NCBI GenBank assembly: GCA_002269645.1
Contig: NIVC01000347.1
Span: 124,001-188,000 of the forward strand
DNA length: 64,000 nucleotides
Direction: 5' to 3'
Origin: Macrostomum lignano
Lineage: Eukaryota
Of this stretch, positions 25,093 through 45,231 are shown one piece after another. The translations under genes and the position numbers were made by a program. The notes under the pieces were generated by a model that was not told the origin of the DNA, ran no database searches, and worked only from the letters and a program-made list of their open reading frames with translations. Within the stretch, counting starts at the first letter, position 1. Every line of letters begins with the position of its first letter.

Positions 25093-27716
25093 ATGGACGC
25101 TTCACTTCAAAGGACTGCTCCATTTAATCTGCCGAGTCTGGAATGCCACTTTCTATGGCAACCAGAGAAGTCGAGCACAAAAACCAACATCGACCAGGTG
25201 ATTGAACGATTGCTGGAGTACAGGCTGTCAGACTCTGAGATGTCAGTTGTCTACCTGACCACCCTTAGCTACATGTACCTATCAACTCTGCCACCGTTTC
25301 CGAACTTCGCCAAGGCGCAGCAATTCCTTGATGAAGCTGAACAAGTGCGCGACACGGACGATTTCTGGCGGCACAGCGGCTTCATCCTGTCCTCCATGCG
25401 GCTGTGCATCCGCCAGATCCGGCGGGGTCGGCCGCTGATGCATCACGAGATCGGCGACGAGCTGGCCGAGCTCACCAGCCAATGGAAGGGCAGCGCCGAC
25501 GTCAGAGCGACCGTCTATGGCATCAAAGGCGCGTCTCTAAGATTCTTTGGGCCGCTGAAGTACGAAGAAGGAGCTGAGGCTTACGGCTTGGCCTTGGAGC
25601 TGCAGCCAGACAACTTCAGATGGCTTTGGGGGAAAGCGTACCTGCTGGCCCGGCAAACTAGACAGGGCAGACCCGGTGAGATCCCCGAGAGTCAGCTGAA
25701 CCTATGGACTCGAGCCTACGAGATTTCCACCAGGGATGGAATCCGAAACCCGACTTTTTGTGCCAACTTCTCCGAGGCGGTGCTTAGCGACCGAGCTCTG
25801 ACCGCGTGGTGCGAAAGTTTGATGGATGAAGCAGTTGAACTGTTGGAACGGCTGGGAAGAGACGAGAAGGCCAAGCACCCGGTAGCCTTTCTTATTGGTA
25901 TAAAAGTTTACAAAAGGTTAAAATCATTTGGAAAGTATTATACGCTTCTTGATTTAGCACAAACAGTCGACCGATGCAAAAGTTCTAGCTTTTATTTGGA
26001 GATTTCTAGACTGCATATGAGAAATGGCGATAAACAGAAGGCTCTGGAGGCACTCAGAATTGGTAAAAATGCTGCAATGCACCCTGGTAACCACTGGGTC
26101 GACCTTGAACTCATTGAGCTGGAAGCTGAGGATGTTGGAATAGAAAATACGCTCCAATCCTTTGACTCCCTGCTGGCGTCAAACTATCGCGTATATGACC
26201 GGGTCATTGCATGCATTCGCTTCAGAAAGGCGCACTTTTTGTTTAAATGCAACCGGAACCAAGAAGGCTTCGAGGAATGCCTGCTAGCATTCAAGACGTG
26301 TCCGGATGCTGTGGAGAACTTTCAGGACTATCGATATGAGGAAATTCTGCAAGCATTACAAAACTGGCCGGATCATGAAGAATATGAGGCCTGGTTTCGC
26401 ACTAATATCATGTCCTGCATTCAGCGCCAAGACAGCATTCACATCGAGGATCAGTTTCACAGAGGGCTGTTGAGAAATAAGCGCAACCATTTCGCCTGGG
26501 AGCACCTGGGGGGTTCTATTTAAAGGAACACAAGTACCAACTGGCTTTCGACTGTTTCAGTCAGTTACCGGGCGACTCGGACCTGCCAGACGGTACACGT
26601 AGAGACGATTTGCTGACTGAAGCCCTTCTACAGAATCCCAAAGCCAGTCTGGAAGACATTGAGCTCTGCTTACAACTTGGTCATCACGAAGCTGCACTAA
26701 GAGTGTTCGACTTCTTAAACGACTGCAAAACTGACCTTGTAAAACGGGTGTTGGAAATGGCGAACGGGGGTGACTCGCAAAGGGCCAGGGACTCCAGTCT
26801 GATGTTTTTCAGCCGCCGTGTCTACCAGCTGTGCGCCCGAGCTCAAAACCTGGCTGATGACTACGTCAGCAATGCGGCTGATCAGTCAAATGTGGCTGAC
26901 GCGGTGCGCAAACGAGTGAGGGACCTGCTGGAGCTCGGCTCCGTCAGCACAGCGGCCGCAGCTCCGGCTGCAGCAGCAGGCAGCGATCGCGGCAACTTGA
27001 TGCGACAGGCGAGGTTCGAAGCAGTCAAGCTGCACTGCCGAGGTAGAGGGTCCACAGAGGAGTGCTGCAACTCGATCGTGCTCACTCTGAAGGAAGCCAA
27101 GGAGCTGCTCGACCGGTCCTTTGCTCATCAGTTCCAAAGCGAGACATCCGAAGAGTTCTCCTACATCCACGCTTTCAGCCAGATGAAGCAGAGGTTAAAG
27201 TCGGATCCAGAGTACAACCGGGAGCTGAGGGAGATGCAGTCCAAAGCGGATAAAAAAGCGCTTGAAGCAGAAGCACTGATGAAGGCGATTCGCAGAAATC
27301 GAAGTCTGCGAACTGTGGAAAAAATTCGCGAATTTCTACACACCGGAGTCAAAAAAGTGAGCGCCAACTTTTGCAACGCCAAAGCCACCAGCTGGAAGTT
27401 CGACTTCATGGCGAATCGCGAGCGACGAATTCTGGAGGAGGAAAACCGCTGGCTCATTCGCTGGATCTACGGAGTGAACATGGAGAAGCACAAGGTCGAA
27501 CTGCGGGTTGGCGACATCGAGCAGCATCTGGCAGCCGACTGGTCCGGCTGGGACGGCTGCCGCACCGCCTACGAGCTGGCGAACTTGGCCGCCGAGTTCG
27601 CCGAGGAGACGTGGCTGATTCTGGGGCCGCAACGGCTGGACGGTGACAGCGGTTCTGCGGGTACCGAACCTGAGGAGAATCACCTTGCCGCAGAGTTTGC
27701 GACTCTGCGACTCTAG
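25093..27716 (+). CDS. Second IFIT-like TPR + HEPN-like-domain gene (~874 aa), split by a 1-bp frameshift in a G6 run (26508-26513)
   Basis: LECHFLW and FFGPLKYEEGAEAYGLALELQPDN. Adding one G joins ORF 25093-26523 to 26610-27716 as EHLGGFYLKE (paralog: EHLGRFLMK). C-terminal motifs are shared with the 921-aa copy. Confidence 0.8.
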
Positions 27717-27723
27717 CTGCGAG

Positions 27724-28256
<533 letters not shown>

Positions 28257-28919
28257 ATATTGAATATTGGAATAATATTTAAGTAATCTTATAGCACGTC
28301 TAGTACACACTACTTGTCAGTAGAGTCTTTGAAATGGCGTTCTTCTGTTGAATAAATGTATCTACGCTCGTACTGAGGGAAGCTATTTGCATGATCAATA
28401 TTGTGTTGAGATTTTGTAGCTTTCTTTCTTGTGCAATTTTTTTAAGTTTAAAGTGCAAAAATTGAAATCAAAATTTATCCTCAATGAGTTCCTTAATCGC
28501 TCAATATACTCGAACTGTGAACTTCTTAATTTTTTGTTGCTTTTAATACAATTTACCGTAGCAAACTCAGCGATCTCAGACCTACCTGCTTCCAAAAGAC
28601 AGTTAGTGGCTGGAGTCCGCTGCATTAAATATTTAGAGTCAATATTCCTGAAAATGTTTTTGTATGATTTTTAATCTGCAGTAAATTTTGCTCATTGACA
28701 ACTTACTAATCTTTGCTGGTGAACGGAGCTCCAGAAATCACGGGAAAAGCATGACACCAAAGCTATTAAACTGTCAGGAGCGCCAGTTTTAGTTGGTCAG
28801 GAGAGTTACTTTTTCGAGATTTTTGAGAAAGAATAGGTTTGAGACTGTCAGATCAGGAAGCTGTCAGAAGCAGCATTCTAGGTCGATTTTCTGAGATTTT
28901 TTAGGATGCCATTTCGGCG

Positions 28920-29182
28920 TTGTCAAGGCTGACATTCTGGGGCTGTCAGGGCTGTCATTCTGGGGCTCTCGGGGCTGCCATTCTGGGACTGTCAGGGCTG
29001 ACATTCTGGGGCTGTCAGGGCTGCCATTCTGGGGCTGTCAGGGCTGCCATTCTGGGGCTGTCAGGGCTGCCATTCTGGGGCTGTCAGGACTGAAATTCTG
29101 GGGCTCTCTCGGGGCTGACATTCTGCGACTGTCAGGGCTGACATTCTGGGGCTGTCAGGACTGACATTCTGGGACTGTCAGG
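28920..29182 (+). repeat. 23-bp minisatellite (GGGGCTGTCAGGGCTGACATTCT)
   Basis: About 11 tandem units. Confidence 0.93.
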
Positions 29183-30574
29183 GGCCCACGCTGGGGTTCC
29201 CTACATTCTATCGCGCATGCAGTCGATTTGCATTACAAATTCGCAGCTAAAATGAATTTATCACACTTTCATGTGGCTCTTTATGTGACTCACCAGGCAG
29301 AAGGATAAAAATAAACAACTAGCTAACAGGGATGGTTGATTACTTGAGGGACCAGCCGAGACTCAAGAGATTTAACCAAAGTGATTCTCTTTACTGGTTA
29401 TATTAGCATATGCCGAACTTGTGCCAGGGAATTAATCAGCTTGCAGTTATTCGATCTCAGAAATATAAATGAAAGTTCTTCACTGTAACCCTTGGGGACT
29501 GTACACGAGTCGTAGTCAAAGTCTGTGTTGGAGTGTCCTCTAGCATTAATATTTCTGTGCAACCGTGAATTGTATGCTTAAAAATACAAAGTTAATCAAT
29601 TTTTATTAAAGCCATATCATGCCATGTCCCAACCTCCTAGTGCAGAGCACTAAAGAGCTTTCATACGAAATTTCTTTTCATTCTTTTGCATCGGGCGAAT
29701 AAAATCGCTTTGAATGGCGATATCGATTATGCATAGGTGGGGATTCTGGCTTATAGTATGTTATATGTAGGCCGGCAGTGATTAATGATTTTTGGGGAAT
29801 GTATTGGCCTTTCCCAGTTCATATTCCTTCGATCAGGTTAAGACTCGCAACTAGCGAGGGGGGCATGCAGTCACGGCGCCCAAGCCTGAGCATCCTAGTG
29901 AGCTCACTCATATTATTATTTGCACATGCAAGAGCGCCTATACTGTACACAGGACGCACTCATACACCCGCTCACACAGGGTATACAGCAGCTCTGTGCC
30001 GTCATTACTTTCAACGTCTAAAGAGACTCAGACTGTAAAAAAAAGTTATAGATCCAATAAGAAAGTCCAGCTGATCCTATTCAAACTGTGTATTTTAAAG
30101 AAATGTAAAAAAGCCAATCTACCGTAGTGAAATATTTCAAGCACTTTTTTGAGTCAATTGACTCAATATACGTGTAGCAATGTTACTCTACATTTAGATT
30201 ATATTGTAATTTTCGTAAGTAATTTGACCATCTTGTTATATAATTGTATTTTTAACTTTTGGTCTGTATGTGTAAAATTATTGTTTCAAGTGTCAGCAAT
30301 ATATTTAACTTACACTAATTTATTTATTTAGGTAATGCTGCATTATTAATGCCTGCAAGCACATTGCAGAATTATAATGACATTTTTATACGAGCCTATG
30401 ACTTTATCATTTATGTCATGTGGAGCACTATATGCGGAACTCGCGAAGTCACTGAGAAAGTGAAGTATAGCAAAGTTGCATCGCATATCTTAAAATTTAT
30501 TATTTCATATTTTATTAAGAGGTGCCTCTGCGTGTGAATATAGAACGACGCGCGAAGCGATTAATAATAACAAC

Positions 30575-30863
30575 AATTTATTTGTTACACCTGCCCTAAT
30601 GGCCAGATGTAGAACCGAAAGCTCAGCCGCAGCTATTGCGCGGCGCATCTGAAGACTGCGTACGGCTGTTCAGTCCAAGGACTGAGGGGTCGCCACACAC
30701 CCTCAATTACCCCACATAATGCTGGCACCCATTTTACAGCTGGGTGAACTGAAGCAATGCAGAGTTAAGTGTCTTGCTCAAGGACACAAATTGTTCCAGA
30801 GGGTCGAGAATCGAACTCCCCGACCTTCAAGTCGTGAGTTCGACGCTTTAACCACCAGGCTAG
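30575..30863 (-). mobile_element. tRNA-derived SINE
   Basis: Minus strand: A box (TGGTGGTTAAAGC), B box (GTTCGATTC), conserved core GTGTCCTTGAGCAAGACACTTAAC...CCCAGCTGTAAAATGGGTG; second copy at 31955-32195. Confidence 0.85.
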
Positions 30864-30980
30864 AACCCCCTTAACGACTGAATTGTAATTTAACATTTTA
30901 TTTTGAAATTAACTACGTTAAATGTAAATTAACTGTGCAGACTGATGTCACAGAATCTGCAATGCCGTGCAGGCCCTCAC

Positions 30981-32486
30981 CTTCAGCTGTGCAGCCGCTA
31001 TCGCCCTCTGGCTGGCGCGAAAGTGCTCGATCGGTACGCGACCGTATCGACCGGCTGCAATCCTTTTCTCTTCGACCTCCAACCGGCGGGCGATGTCGGT
31101 CGCATGTAGCCACATTCTCAAATAATATCTGCAAGCAGATAACGAGCGCGTCGATGCCCCGTTAAATGCTAGTAGAACAGTCTGATTAATGAGATATTGA
31201 GGTGTAAGACATTACACACAGTCAAATAATACTATATCACCTACGTTGCCGGCGGCACAGGCTGCCGATTGAGTCCGCCGTCTTCGATATCCGATTCCCA
31301 GGTCACTTGGATTTGACCCGGGGCGGCGGCTCTGGCGGCAAGGAAGCGACTGCACCAGGCAGCTGCCTCATGTCGCGCCGACTCGATCGCGATCTCGCCG
31401 ATGCGAATGTGATCAGTCGGCATGTGCCCGTACAGGCCGACCATATTGTGGTAGTATCTGAAAATATAGACAAACAAAGGTACAGCGAGTGTTTTGTTGT
31501 GCACACAACCAAAACAGCGTGTGCTGACTACGAGTAAACTGTGTACTATCACTTACGTAACGCGCGTTACAATCACGCGGCCGTTGGCATTGGTTTCAAC
31601 GATTTTGTTGGACATCGTTTAACAAGCATTGAAAACTGTCTCGATAAGATGTGCGTCAAAAATGCTTTAGTTTATTTGATATTTGTTACAGTTGTCGGCA
31701 CAGACCGCTTGTAAACCATGCAGCAATCGCTAAAGTATTACAAGTTTTCTCGTATTTTTTCACATACACAGTTGTAAAATTCTCAGTAATATTTGTTCCA
31801 TTGCGCAAACAAAACGAAATAAATACTTTTTCTGTAACTATTTGTTGTTCTTGTAAGTTGCTTACTTTGCATCCTTTTCATCAATCTGATGCTTCGTCTG
31901 TTTGTGTTCTTTTGTTTTCCAGTGCGTTTTTTGTTGATACGTTTTTTAAACAGGAGCGCAGCTATCTGTTGCGCGGCATATCTAAAGGCTGCGTACGGCT
32001 GTTCAGTCCAAGGACTGGGGGGTCGCCACACGCACCCTCAATTGCCCCAATTAATGCTGGCACCCATTTTACAGCTGGGTGATCTGAAGCAATGCAGAGT
32101 TAAGTGTCTTGCTCAAGGACACATTTTTCCGAGTTTGCTTGAGAATCGAACCCCCGACCTTTCGTCGTGAGTCTGACGCTCTCACCACTAGGCTACAAAT
32201 GCCCCCCTCCTAGTTTTTCATGGTCGCTATGGAAACACATTTTTTCTAAGACCATAACTTTCCATTTAATTTACTCCTCAATATGTATTTGCATAATGTG
32301 TTCAACATACATGTAGCTTGCCGATAAAAACATCGGTGGTTCTAAGCCCTCAAGATTCTGGCGCACCAGGTAAATATGAATTTCTCGTGTTGACAAGGAA
32401 CCGATCCACAGTTCTTTGCTCTTATCATAGAAAGACAGCCCGAAAGCGCTGAGAGGTGCTCCGCTTGTATTTGCAAACAAGGAGCT
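30981..32486 (-). CDS. Three internal exons (32486-32311, 31457-31245, 31128-30981) of an uncharacterised protein gene
   Basis: GT/AG sites with phases 0/2, 2/2, 2/0 splice into one open frame: SSLFANTSGAPLSAFGLSFYDKSKELWIGSL...YYHNMVGLYGHMPTDHIRIG...YYLRMWLHATDIARRLEVEEKR...; first and last exons not identified. Confidence 0.65.
31955..32195 (-). mobile_element. tRNA-derived SINE (second copy, intronic)
   Basis: High similarity to 30575-30863, with B box and core. Confidence 0.85.
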
Positions 32487-33997
32487 CTAGAACGCGGATA
32501 AGGTGAAGTGGAACTGCACTGTTTACAACTTCTGGCATTGAAGTGCAGCTTTCCCACCATGCATTCGTCTTGATGTATGCGCGGAATTTACATTTCTGGG
32601 GTTTTTGCGTTGAGGGAATAATTAATGAAGGGCATGGTTAGTAACAGTAGAAAATCTACTCATATCCCGCGCATAAACGTAATCCATTAAATGTTTGTTT
32701 GTTAACGCTTGATTCTGAGCTGGCGCGCTGGTGAGCACATGAGTCCGCTGAGTGGGCAGAGCTGTCCAGAAGGCGTTGCGCCAGGGTGTCTGCAACTCTT
32801 TTGCGAATATTTTCTCCAATTGTGGTTTACAGTGGAAAAACATTCCACCTGACATGAAGCACGGTCTTGTTCCTCCTGACCACCATGGTTCGCAGAGCCT
32901 TAATAGAGAAGTGTATTACTCAATAAATGTCTTCAGGAAACAGGTGATCGCTAAATGATTTAATATCCTGAACAATGTCGCTTCATATAGGTGAATAGTT
33001 ACTGTTGATCCGAAAGTTATTTAGTGAGCTGTAATTTCCTGATCTCAGTTAACGTCTTCCGTCCGTCCGTGAAAGTTTTTTCCTTCGGATAGTAATCTGC
33101 ATTGCATTCAAGCTTGGGCTCTTGGATGGCCCTGCGCGTACTTGGTACTTAACTCGTACATGTTGAATAACCTTTCCAATTTCAAACATGCGGTAGTTCT
33201 TGTGGGCGCTCTACTGGCTCTATTGATATTTAACATCGGAATGCAATAATGGCTTCGTTGGAGTTTGTGCGGATTTGAATCTGCCCAAGGGATATTTGGT
33301 GTGTGGCGACCGATGCAGATACGAGAATGCACGCGCTGGGGAAATGTAGCACTGATAATGGGAGGTAGAACCCATAGCTGGCCCTAGCTACATCCGTCAT
33401 TTTTGGATAGGTAAAGTTTTAAACAACACGTTCTGAGCATTAACGCACTAACCATAAGGAAGTGGACGCATTTAGTGTCCCCATTAACCATTGTATATTT
33501 TAGCGTTGCCAACCAAGCTGATTAAATAAATATATTGCTGGAAATATGTTACTGAAAAATCTAGGAAAGAAATATTACAATTCCAGGTAGCCTTCAACCA
33601 GGAAGTGTCAGCTTGCTATGGTATAGTTCGGGAGGGCATCGTATAGTGTGTGCGTGTGTAGCTATTTGAACGTGTTGCGTACTCCTTGCGCTCCCTCTCC
33701 CTCTCGGCTCCCAACCCTCTTTCTCTCTCCTTCTGATCTTTCATTTGCTGTCTGCTTCAAGGCTTCTAGGAGGAGGAGGAGAAAATACTGGAAAAGGGTA
33801 AGAGAGGCAGAGAGACAGAGAGCTAGCAGGGCATTACGAAGGTTGGTTGGGCGCGCACTGCAAGCCTCCCAACTATAGAAGAGGGGCCCGGTCTTAATTC
33901 AAAAAATCCAAGGGAGATTCGCATCGCAACAGAGCGCGCAACAGGCCACGCGTTGCTGGAGCTGCAGCCGAAATCATTTCTGCCAACTGGAGCCGAC

Positions 33998-41426
<7,429 letters not shown>

Positions 41427-42387
41427 CTATAACGGTGGTATTTGTCTGAACTAATTTGACGATAGCAACCGCCAGAAGTTACCGGTTTTATGAGGACGTG
41501 TACGACTCTCGCTCTTAATCTGTCAAAATCTCACCTTCTGGGCTGCCAACTACTTTATATTGAGCGTTGCATCCTGACCACAACGGTAGCTTCTAGCGGT
41601 TCTTTCTTGACGATTGCTTAGAAGCTGCAGTTTAAGTGCACAAGAATGCCTTGATTTATTTTGCTTTTTGCAAGCTATTGCAATGAATGCTTTCAGTGCT
41701 TATAGTTGATATCTAATCACTAGACAGAAGCATCTCTAGAAGTTTTGTTCATTCTCTAAAAAAGTTTTTGTCAATCATTCGAAAGGCTGCAGTTTGTGAA
41801 AAAAATAGCTACTTCAACAGTCTTTTGATCAGTATATAGGGTTCAATGTAGTAAAATTCTCGCATATCCTGTTTTGACTACTTTTAGTAGAGAGCTTGCG
41901 ACTTTCTATATAATGGTAATTTCCATGAATTTATTACAAATAAATACTATAAAATATTGCTTCCTATGATGCTAACTATAATGCTTCATCTACTTTGGTA
42001 ATTTTGACAAATTCAACCATCTCCAACAATTTTTTATACTTTAAATCCTTTGGCTGTCGCCGTAAATTCCGCTATTCTTCAATTTAACTGACTTCCTCGT
42101 CCAGTCTAGTCTAGTCAGGAAGCTGTGGGCCTGTATTTAAAATAAGAATAACAGCTTGCAGATTACAGCGTCTTAGCGTAAATGCTTTTTGCACCTCTTA
42201 CTCATCAATATACTATATGGCACTGCTTATCGTCTTCGATTTTGCTATAATTTGCTATAGTGCGCTTTGTGTTCGGGTAAAACTCTGAGACTTTGGATGC
42301 TAAAATTCTTTTAAGTTATTATCTAGCAGAGCTTCTCGATTTGGTTCAGACGGCTGACACAAACAAAATCAATGGTTGAAGCTGACA

Positions 42388-42835
42388 CCCGTGGTGCTGG
42401 CGCCCCTGGTGCTCTGGCGCCCCTGGTGTTGGCGCCCCCTTGGTGCTGGCGGCCCTGATGCTAAAGCCTCCTGGTGCTAAAGCCCCTGGTGTTAAAGCCC
42501 CTGGTGCTGAGGCCCCTGGTGCTAAAGCCCCTGGTGTTAAAGCCCCTGGTGCTGAGGCCCCTGGTGCTAAAGCCCTTGGTGCTGAGGCCCCTGGTGCTAA
42601 AGCATCCTGGTGTTAAAGTCCCTGGTGCTGAGGCCCCTGGTGCTAAAGCCCCTGGTGTTAAATCCCCTGGTGCTGAGGCCCCTGGTGCTAAAGCCCCTGG
42701 TGCTAAAGCCCCTGGTGCTGAGGCCCCTGTTGCTAAAGCCCCTGGTGCTAAAGCCCCTGGTGCTGAGGCCCCTGGTGCTAAAGCCCCTGGTGTTAAAGCC
42801 CCTGGTGCTGAGGCCCCTGGTGCTAAAGCTCCTGT
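42388..42835 (+). repeat. 15-bp minisatellite (GGTGCTAAAGCCCCT)
   Basis: Tandem units with TAAA/TGAG variants. Confidence 0.95.
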
Positions 42836-43977
42836 TCTTGTCTCTGACTGTGACGCATGGTAAAGGCTGAATTAAACCTTCTAACGACTGGCTTACAGTG
42901 ACCAGCATCAAAGAATTCCTGACTCAATTTTTAGCAGCTCTAGATAGCTATAGAAGTCTCTGCATAGCTACTATCTAGAGTACTCGAGAAATTGTATTTT
43001 TCTGGCACAGACTTTCTATTGGACGGAACCCCATTTCCTTAGCAGCCTCTAGCAGCCTTGCGAAAAGTTAAAGGATTAATTAATTTACCTGTGGCCGGGA
43101 AAATTTGAACGTGAATTTAAACTAAAAGATTGTTTATTTGAATTCAAATAATCAAGCGGCCAGTGGCCCAGGTTCGATTCCAACTGCAGTCACTTACATT
43201 TGTGGCTAAATTGGAATCTCGGCTTGGCTCTGCTTGTGCAATAAGCCGCTGTAACTCCTGTGTGAGTGTTTGCCTGTGCGTAGCTATGGCTGCGTACGTA
43301 TCCGCTCGCTTGTGTGCCTGCTCAGGGGAGTCGGCGGAATGGGCATGCAGTAATTCGACCTTCGCCGGTTGTATGACAATTATTAATTTTGTTAAATCAA
43401 TTCCTTCAAAATGTGCTTATTTTAATAAAATTATTGTCTATTTCCACTCGCAGCAACTAACAACTTACTACAACTCACTAGTAGCCTCGATTCGTCATAA
43501 AATTACTGAGGTGTCCCTGTGACCAAGAATAAATTACTGAACAACTTAAAAACTAAAATAGCCTGTAGAAACGATTCAGTAAAAATACGAACAGGATAGA
43601 GAAAATTATTATAAAATGTTTATAAGATAAAAAGAAACATTAGGTATAATGTAGGCATAAGAGTGATTCACTACAATAGCAGCTAGTGGCTAATAATGTG
43701 TCTAACAATTAACAAATATAAGCTCCACAACGAATAAAATTAAAGAGAAACTTTAAAAGTCGATAAAACTTTTTACACGTTGCAATTTTTTTTCAATTCT
43801 AATAAACTTCTTGATCGGGGGAAGTACTTCCCAGGGTCTGCATATTAGGTTTCGACTTGAAAATACGTATTGCTAAATTGACAATTTAAAGTTTGCGACC
43901 AATTAACGACTTGGTGCGAAGTTAAATTTAATTTTGAATAGTGAAGTTCTGCCCAAAGCTGCGCTTGGAGGTGCAGC

Positions 43978-45231
43978 TCAGTGAGTTGCGAACGGAGTCA
44001 GCAGATACCCAAGAAAGATGACAACGATGGCAACGCTGCCAACCAAAGCCATCAGCCTCTCCAGGGCCAGCGCCGCCACCACCCAGTCGGAGCGGCTCGG
44101 TCCATGAACGCCCTCGACACCGACGTCCACCTTCGAGTCGCTGGTGGAGGTGCACAGCAGGCGTCCCAGGCAGGTCACGAACACGAGACGGAGACACGGC
44201 GGCATCGGCTGGGTGTCCGCAGCGAAGTGGAATCGAATCACGACCGACGTGAGCAGCAGGGACAGCGACGACAGCACCATGGCCGCCGTGATGAAGGACG
44301 CCACGACCGGCATTGATTGCGACTTGGGCAGCAGGCCGTCCAGCAGCAGCAGGAACACCGTGTAGCTCAGCATGATGGTGATGCCGAAGCCCAGCTTCTC
44401 TCCGGACTCGACTGGCACGATGAAGATCAGCAACTGGAGCAGCGTTAGCAGCAGCAGGGGAGCCACCACGTTCAGCAGATAGTAGTTGGACACGCGCTCG
44501 ACAGTCATGCGAATAACGTAGCTTGGCAGCGGCAACTTTGGCTGGCCCTTGAGCATCTCGTAGTACCTCAGATGCACGAATGTGCTCAGATTCAATAGTC
44601 TCCACTCGCTATTAACGACGTAAATCGCCAGCTCATTGTTCATTGGGTTGCCAATGGCAGGCTGGAGAAGATGGTGACCCCGACCTTGGTCGCTGCAGAA
44701 CAGTTCCATGTCGCAGACGTGCTTGTCGAATGGAAATAGCCTCATGTCGAATTTGCAGGAGAACTCCCATTCCTGCTTCCAGGTTGTCTCTGCAACTGTT
44801 GCCCTGGGCGAACTGGAAGTGAGGATTATGGGAAACTGCGGCTTGAGCAGCTGGTTGTCGCCTACGCCATTGTAAATGAGAATCACGGGAAACCAGATTT
44901 GACTGGAGTCCCAGTCCATGACAGTCACGTTTCCAAAATCGGCCGGATCCCAGACCAGCCGCTCCTCGGTCCAGCCAGCCTGAAGGTAAGCGGATATCTT
45001 GACAGTCTGCTTAGCGCTGTCCACAGCTACAATTTGGCTGAGCAGAAAGGTGAAATTGAATAGCATCACCTGGTCCGGGTCCAACACTGGCCGAACTATC
45101 GGACTGTAGTCCGTGATGTTGTTCTTCAGATACTTCATCAATTCTATTTGATAATCTCTCTTGGAATGAACAGATTGATTGAGTATTACCATGGTAACAG
45201 AAAGTATTAACCAAAATCGGCTGTGCGACAT
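43978..45231 (-). CDS. Intronless Cys-loop ligand-gated ion channel subunit (nicotinic acetylcholine receptor-like, non-alpha), 417 aa
   Basis: Signal peptide, VRPV, WTEERLVWDP, IWFP..IYN, Cys-loop CKFDMRLFPFDKHVC, TM1 YYLLNVVAP, ESGEKLGFGITIMLS TM2, TM3 and TM4. Confidence 0.92.
   Translation of the reverse strand: MSHSRFWLILSVTMVILNQSVHSKRDYQIELMKYLKNNITDYSPIVRPVLDPDQVMLFNFTFLLSQIVAVDSAKQTVKISAYLQAGWTEERLVWDPADFGNVTVMDWDSSQIWFPVILIYNGVGDNQLLKPQFPIILTSSSPRATVAETTWKQEWEFSCKFDMRLFPFDKHVCDMELFCSDQGRGHHLLQPAIGNPMNNELAIYVVNSEWRLLNLSTFVHLRYYEMLKGQPKLPLPSYVIRMTVERVSNYYLLNVVAPLLLLTLLQLLIFIVPVESGEKLGFGITIMLSYTVFLLLLDGLLPKSQSMPVVASFITAAMVLSSLSLLLTSVVIRFHFAADTQPMPPCLRLVFVTCLGRLLCTSTSDSKVDVGVEGVHGPSRSDWVVAALALERLMALVGSVAIVVIFLGYLLTPFATH

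Noticed and set aside
28395-30040. Short minus-strand coding-like stretches that might be the 3' exons of the 31-32 kb gene
   Set aside because: Could not be joined in phase without stops; insufficient support
42474-42911. Collagen/elastin-like (APGAK)n ORFs
   Set aside because: 15-bp minisatellite open in several frames; no splice or start context
43160-43200. tRNA B-box (GGTTCGATTCC)
   Set aside because: No cloverleaf or A box; at most a SINE fragment, not a tRNA gene
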